From an uncultured Planctomycetota bacterium (GTDB taxonomy: Bacteria; Planctomycetota; Planctomycetia; Isosphaerales; Isosphaeraceae), in the NCBI GenBank assembly GCA_963845755.1, contig CAWJTV010000030.1:1-64000 (forward strand): a stretch of 64,000 nucleotides of DNA, given 5' to 3'. Within the stretch, counting starts at the first letter, position 1; the number at the start of each line of letters is the position of its first letter. A program made the position numbers and the translations under genes. A model generated the notes under the pieces. That model was not told the origin of the DNA and did not search any database. It saw only the letters and a list, made by a program, of their open reading frames with translations. Below, one piece after another: positions 58,960 through 64,000 of the stretch.

Positions 58960-59711
58960 TGGTCGCGCCCAATCTTGAGTTTCCTGGCCTCGGGGATTCC
59001 CAGAAACGCCGATCGTCGCGCGTCGAACACCTCATTCGCCAGCTCGTAATCGTCGTGCCGCCCGATGTCCAGCCAGTAACACTCCTGCCGGTAACAATGA
59101 ACTTCGTGTCCGCTGAGGCGTAAGGATTCCAGGAGGTCAGGCATCGGCAACGACCGTCCCGGCTCCAGAAATTCCCAGGCGAACGGATCGAGGATGTAGA
59201 CACCCATGCTCACCTGGAAGGAATACTCGGGCTTCTCCCGATAGCCGGTCAAGACTTGAGGATCGTCGCCGAAGAGGAGCACGCCGAAATCGATCTTCAC
59301 CTCACGAGGGTATGAGGCGGTCGTCGCCGCCGGACCGCGTCGCCGATGGAACTCGTACATCTCTCCGAAATCGAGCGTCGTCAGGATGTCACCATTGATG
59401 ACAAGAATGGGGTCCGACGGTCGATCAACCAGGGTCAGGCCTCCGGCCGTTCCCAGGGGGGTCACCTCGCGGCGGTATTCCAGTCGAGTTCCAAATCTCC
59501 TCCCATCACCGCAGAACGCTTCGATCAACTCGGTCAGATAACCCGTGATGATCGTGACGTCGCGGAATCCGTACCGCGAAAGTTGGCGGAGGACAACTTC
59601 AATGATCGGCATCGGATCGTCGCCACCCAGGGGCATGAGCGGCTTGGGCAGGACGTGAGTATACGGGCGTAGACGCGTTCCTTTTCCTCCTGCCAGAAGA
59701 ACCGCCTGCAT
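58956..59711 (-). CDS. Sugar-phosphate nucleotidyltransferase
   Basis: [14 protein letters not shown]...PKPL, PLGTAG, NGD, WLDIG. Confidence 0.93.
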   Translation of the reverse strand: MQAVLLAGGKGTRLRPYTHVLPKPLMPLGGDDPMPIIEVVLRQLSRYGFRDVTIITGYLTELIEAFCGDGRRFGTRLEYRREVTPLGTAGGLTLVDRPSDPILVINGDILTTLDFGEMYEFHRRRGPAATTASYPREVKIDFGVLLFGDDPQVLTGYREKPEYSFQVSMGVYILDPFAWEFLEPGRSLPMPDLLESLRLSGHEVHCYRQECYWLDIGRHDDYELANEVFDARRSAFLGIPEARKLKIGRDQ

Positions 59712-59737
59712 CGTCTCTCCCTCCGTGGTACGTACGG

Positions 59738-61006
59738 TCAGGCCGAACCCAAACTCCCTTGGTTCGGCTGGCTAAATCGTCCCGCCCGCAGCCGAGGGAA
59801 GCGACCGCGCGGCCGCGCGTGAGGTGCCCGTGGCTGATTCTTTTTGGCCGCGATCTGGAAGATTTTCAAGAGTTCTGAGACATGGTGATCGAAGGTTTGA
59901 TGCCGGCCCAAGCGGCGAGCCGACGACGACATCGCCGCCCGCTTCGCGCCATCCGTCATGACATCGAGGGCGGCGATCAGCTCGCTCTCGGCGTCGGGTG
60001 ACGTCAACACGTAGCCTTCACGTCCGTCGGTCATCAGGTCCCCTGCCCCGTTCTGCTCGGTCGTGATCACCGGTAAGCCGCACGCCAGTGCCTCGAGGAC
60101 GACCAGCGAGCAAGGATCATAGTAGGTCGGCTGGACGAAGAAATCACTCGACCAGTAGCACTCTCGGACATCGGGATGGAAGCCGAGGAAGTGCACAGAA
60201 TCGTGGATTCCCAGACTTCTGGCAAGCCGAAGATAGGGCGCGGCGTTCCCGCCGCCGCAGACCAGGAGATGAATGGGCCGCGCCGATCGATTGCGCCTCC
60301 ACCGCTCACCGAGTCCCATGAGGAGCGGCTTGAGGCCTTTCAGCGCGAAGTTGTGACCAACGAAGAGGCCCACCAGGTCGGAAGGTTCCAGGCCCATCCG
60401 GTTGCGGAATCCACAACGCAGAGCGCCGGGCTGAGAGACGTCAACCCGTCGCACATCAATCGCGTTGGGCACCACATGGATCTGGTCGAGCGGCACCTGG
60501 CGGAACTGTTCGAGGTGCCGACGGACCATCTCACTCACCGCAACAAACCGCGACGAGCGGATGGGATCATACTGCTTGTTCTCGATGGCGCGGTGGACCC
60601 AGTATTTCGGATTTGCGGACTTCGTCAGCCGATACAGCCCGCGTTGGAGTCCCGTCTGAAACCGCCCGGCATTGGCATCCAGGCTTCCTTTCTGAACGCC
60701 GCCCTGCGGGATGATCACGTCGTGCGCCCAGGTGTTGATGAAGCCGACCGAGCAGTCATGTCCCCCATGTTGCATCGCGGACTCGGAATTCCGGGCGAAG
60801 TTCCAGATCCGCTCCAACCGTGACCGGCCCCTTGTCGATACCGCGACGATGTTGACCTCATGAGGAAGGCAAGCATCGGCCCAACTCTCCGCGTAAAGGT
60901 CCACGCGATGACCATCGAGGACCAGGCATCGGCAGAGATCCGCGACGTATGTCTCGGCGCCACCTCGCGACGGGTCAACGCGCTGATAATTGAGGGCGAG
61001 GTGCAT
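59738..61006 (-). CDS. Glycosyltransferase family 4 (WaaG/RfaG-like)
   Basis: GGAETY, VPNAID, KGL, PTYYDPCSLVVLEALACGLPVIT. Confidence 0.9.
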   Translation of the reverse strand: MHLALNYQRVDPSRGGAETYVADLCRCLVLDGHRVDLYAESWADACLPHEVNIVAVSTRGRSRLERIWNFARNSESAMQHGGHDCSVGFINTWAHDVIIPQGGVQKGSLDANAGRFQTGLQRGLYRLTKSANPKYWVHRAIENKQYDPIRSSRFVAVSEMVRRHLEQFRQVPLDQIHVVPNAIDVRRVDVSQPGALRCGFRNRMGLEPSDLVGLFVGHNFALKGLKPLLMGLGERWRRNRSARPIHLLVCGGGNAAPYLRLARSLGIHDSVHFLGFHPDVRECYWSSDFFVQPTYYDPCSLVVLEALACGLPVITTEQNGAGDLMTDGREGYVLTSPDAESELIAALDVMTDGAKRAAMSSSARRLGRHQTFDHHVSELLKIFQIAAKKNQPRAPHARPRGRFPRLRAGRFSQPNQGSLGSA

Positions 61007-61120
61007 GGTTCCTCCCGTGTAGGTTCTGACGATAAGACGTGTGACCAGTCCGTCATCCTCGTCTTATCGCACGACGATCACGCCGGCCTGTAGCCATTCT
61101 GAAGCAAGACGGCGCCCGAG

Positions 61121-62029
61121 TTAACGCCGCTTTCGGTTGTGCCTCTCGTAGCGTGCGGCCCGGAATCGCACGAGACGCTCCTGCCAGCGGGCGACTGGGA
61201 TCCGAAGGCGCCGGCAGTACTGGTGCCAGAATCGCCGTCGATCGTGGTTGTCGATTCCGGCGACGCCGTAGGTTGAGAACAACAATTGTCCGAGATCTTT
61301 CCAGCGTCCCCAGTCGGGCCAGAATCGATGGGCGCCCAGCCGGTGAAGATCGATCAGGACGAGCCGCGGCGAGGCTCCGTCTTGGACGAGACGGTCGAGA
61401 TTCAGGAAGAAGTGGCAGAGATACAAGTCGTTGTGGAATTCGCGAGCGGCGTGCAGCACCGTCGTGATCCGGGCCATCTCAGAGATCACCCGGCGGCTTG
61501 AGGTCGGTGAACGCCAGCGGCTCGAGCCGCTCCGCCAGCTTCGGCAAGGCTTCGTTGAGCGCCTCGCAACCCGTCAACTCGGCGACCATCAAGAAGCTCC
61601 GCAAGCCGGCATGAGGACCGATCTGCTCACCAGCCGCGACGACCTCGGGCACATCGACACCCAGCGCCGGGCGCGTTCCAGGTGAGCCCACTCCGCAGCC
61701 GCCGGGGATCGTCTTCGAGCAGGGTCGAGCATCGCGGCCAGTCGAATCGTCCAGGGGAGGCGATAATGCCGTTTCAGGTAAACGGAGAGTGGGAATTCAG
61801 GGGCGTCCAGGAGGTCCGAACCACCAGGCGGTCCGGGATGGAAGACGACGCGCACCGTGGAGCGGCCCTGTTTCGCGTGGTGCCGATCCGTGCATGGGAG
61901 ATCCATGACGGTGTCGTCGAAACCTTCGGGTAAGCGGCGTCGATACTGCTCGTTGACCCAGGTCCAGCGCACGCCTCGGGCCCAACGTTCCCAGAACGAT
62001 CCGTACTTCAACGGGCCAGTCCTTCCCAT
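61121..62029 (-). CDS. LPS kinase (WaaP/InaA family); frameshifts near 61675 and 61495
   Basis: VYLKRH, AAAEW, VPEVVAAG, HNDLYLCHF, LIDLHR, KDLGQL. Confidence 0.85.
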
Positions 62030-63616
62030 GATCCGGGCCGGTGAAATCGATAGAGACGAACGGCGGGACTTCGCCCATGAGGCGATGCCGGGAACTCCAG
62101 GAGTGGAGTCGCCGAATAGGCGAGCAGGGCGTTGAGCGTCTCCGCCCTAGGACTGACCGCACTCAGCTCATCAAGGCCGACCAGGATATAACTCAGGTGC
62201 GAGTCCGTGAGCGCCTGGCGCACGTGCCAGTAGTCGTACCCCGGTTGTTCGGAGATGAACTTGGCCCAGCCGCGCGTGTCGAGGATGAACTCGTCGGGCC
62301 GGGCGTTCACGTTCAACCACTTGCCCGCGGCCCAATGGCCCCATCGGCTGAGATGATCTCGATGGCTCGGGTTGGTCTGGGTCACGAGGGATCCGAGGAT
62401 CGCCGCTCCGATCACCACGTTGCGGGCGGCGGGATACCAGCGACCGGACAGGCGACTCTTTAAGGCGATCCCGCGACAACAGACGTAAGTCCCCGCCGCG
62501 GCCCACGGAATCGAGGCGACCACGAGCGGCATGACGTGCCGTCCCGAGAGATAGCCGAGCATGACCGAATGCCGCAACAATGCCATGAGGTAAACCGCGG
62601 CGAACACTAGCAGAAGTGGGCCTTCGACTGCATCGCCATCGCCCGGGCGGCGATCCGGCCGAATGTTGCGGATGAATCGTCGCCTCGTCAGTCCCCAGAC
62701 CGTCATCACGGCAAAGCCCCAGCACAGCTCTTCCCACCACTTGCCGGTGATCCGCCCGAGCGACGAACGCCAGCTACGGATCGGGACTTGGTACGACTCT
62801 TCCTTGGCAGAAAAGTCCCAACGCGGATCATCCAGGCCCTGAGGAACCTGCTGTGGAACCGGCCGGCTCATGATCCGTTGTGGCCCGAGTCTTCCCCCGT
62901 ACCGTACGGCTAGCTTCTCAGAGATCTCGCCTTTGACCGCGGAGTAGGAGATCACTACCAGTCCGACTGACCCCAGCAACATCGTCAGGGCGAGAAGTCG
63001 CTCGAGCCGGGATCTGCCCAGGTTCTTCCTGAGGCCGATCAATCCTGTCAGACCGATGGCCACAGGTACCAGGATGACCTCCGGCCGCGCCAGGGTAGCC
63101 TGCGCCAGCGGCCAGGCCCGAGCCCAGTGCGGTGCGCCAGTTTCCAGTCTTCAGGGCCATTGCTCCCAGCCACAAGGCAAGGAATGTTGAGAACAGGCCC
63201 AGGCTATCGGCCAGAGTATCGTGTCCCACCTCCGCCACGCGCGGGAGCAGAGCCAGGAGCCCCGCCGCCACGAAAGCGATTCTCCGGTCGAACAGCACTG
63301 CGGTCAGGAAGTAAACCGGGACCAGCAATCCAACCGATGCCATCGACGCGACCAGTTGAGCGGCAATCCTCCAGCCATCCGGCCCATGACCAGTGAACGT
63401 CGTCACGACCGGCTCGACGATCGCAACCAGCGACGGATAGAGCGGATGCACATCCGTCCCGCGGATGACATCGGTCCAGGTATCGGTCTGGAACTGCCGG
63501 GCGACCCGGATGAACTTGAGGCCGTCCTGCGCAGGGAGCAAGGTCCGGGCGATAAACCAAACATGAAGGCTCATCGCGAGCAAGAGGATCGCGAGCAGAC
63601 TCCGGCGCCGGGCCAT
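62008..63616 (-). CDS. ArnT/PMT-like (GT-C) polytopic membrane glycosyltransferase (frameshift near 63095)
   Basis: PAQDGLKF, HPLYPSL, many TM segments, YxxRPEV-like motif across the frameshift. Confidence 0.75.
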
Positions 63617-63761
63617 CGCGATCCTCCGTGATCAGCGGGTCTGCTCAATCGGGTTCCAGGTCGAATGGGTCGGCGCATTAGCCATCGTTCCGGCTCGGCG
63701 GTTACAGGCCGAAGCAGGAAGACAAGCCAATGAGCCATGCATCATGAGACAAGTCGAGGCT

Positions 63762-63789
63762 AGTATAGGGACCATGCAGGGACGGTCAA
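63762..63789 (-). promoter_or_regulatory. Candidate sigma-70 promoter of the envelope operon
   Basis: Minus strand TTGACC-16 nt-TATACT. Confidence 0.5.
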
Positions 63790-64000
63790 TGGCACTTATC
63801 AGTGCCTTTGTCTTCGCCAACCACTGGCCACTGCGAATTCCCGGATTGAATCTGAGGGATTAACGCCACATCGAGCATCATCCCGATTCGACCGGGGCGC
63901 ACCCTTGAGGCCGCATGGTTCGATTACTGCCCGCACGCAGCGGAGGTCGATCAAGGGATCTGCAAGGACGAGGAATCCTCTGATGGCTCAATGAGAGCCG

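Overview
This 64 kb window of GC-rich bacterial DNA appears to come from two lineages. Bases 1-~9.3 kb look alphaproteobacterial (Rhizobiales-like): SOD C-terminus, LOG, CoA-transferase, glutaryl-CoA dehydrogenase, FAD oxidoreductase, cspA, xylB, MarC and a desaturase. From ~9.4 kb on it looks planctomycete (Isosphaeraceae-like), based on LEPRxLL-type export motifs and a fused AroD-AroE. The planctomycete part carries housekeeping genes (aroK, aroDE, mutL, pnp, rpsO, truA, asd, purD, plsY), two-component genes, a four-gene MoxR-vWA-beta-propeller operon and a CHASE3 kinase/CheR/CheB cluster. It also has three IS elements with readable inverted repeats and target duplications (IS5/IS1031-like, IS1380, IS4) and an LPS-modification-like operon. 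The strongest unusual signal is a tRNA-Lys(UUU) gene (minus strand, 54768-55168) split inside its anticodon by a 328-nt ORF-less group I intron with P/Q/R/S elements. Other oddities are a PurD with a tandemly duplicated ATP-grasp B domain, a PlsY fused to a beta-propeller, and a switch-like structured leader next to an ANTAR regulator. Many genes, including essential ones, carry single-base frameshifts that most likely reflect long-read errors, so gene models were stitched across frames by eye. No database searches were run; family calls rest on motif recognition.
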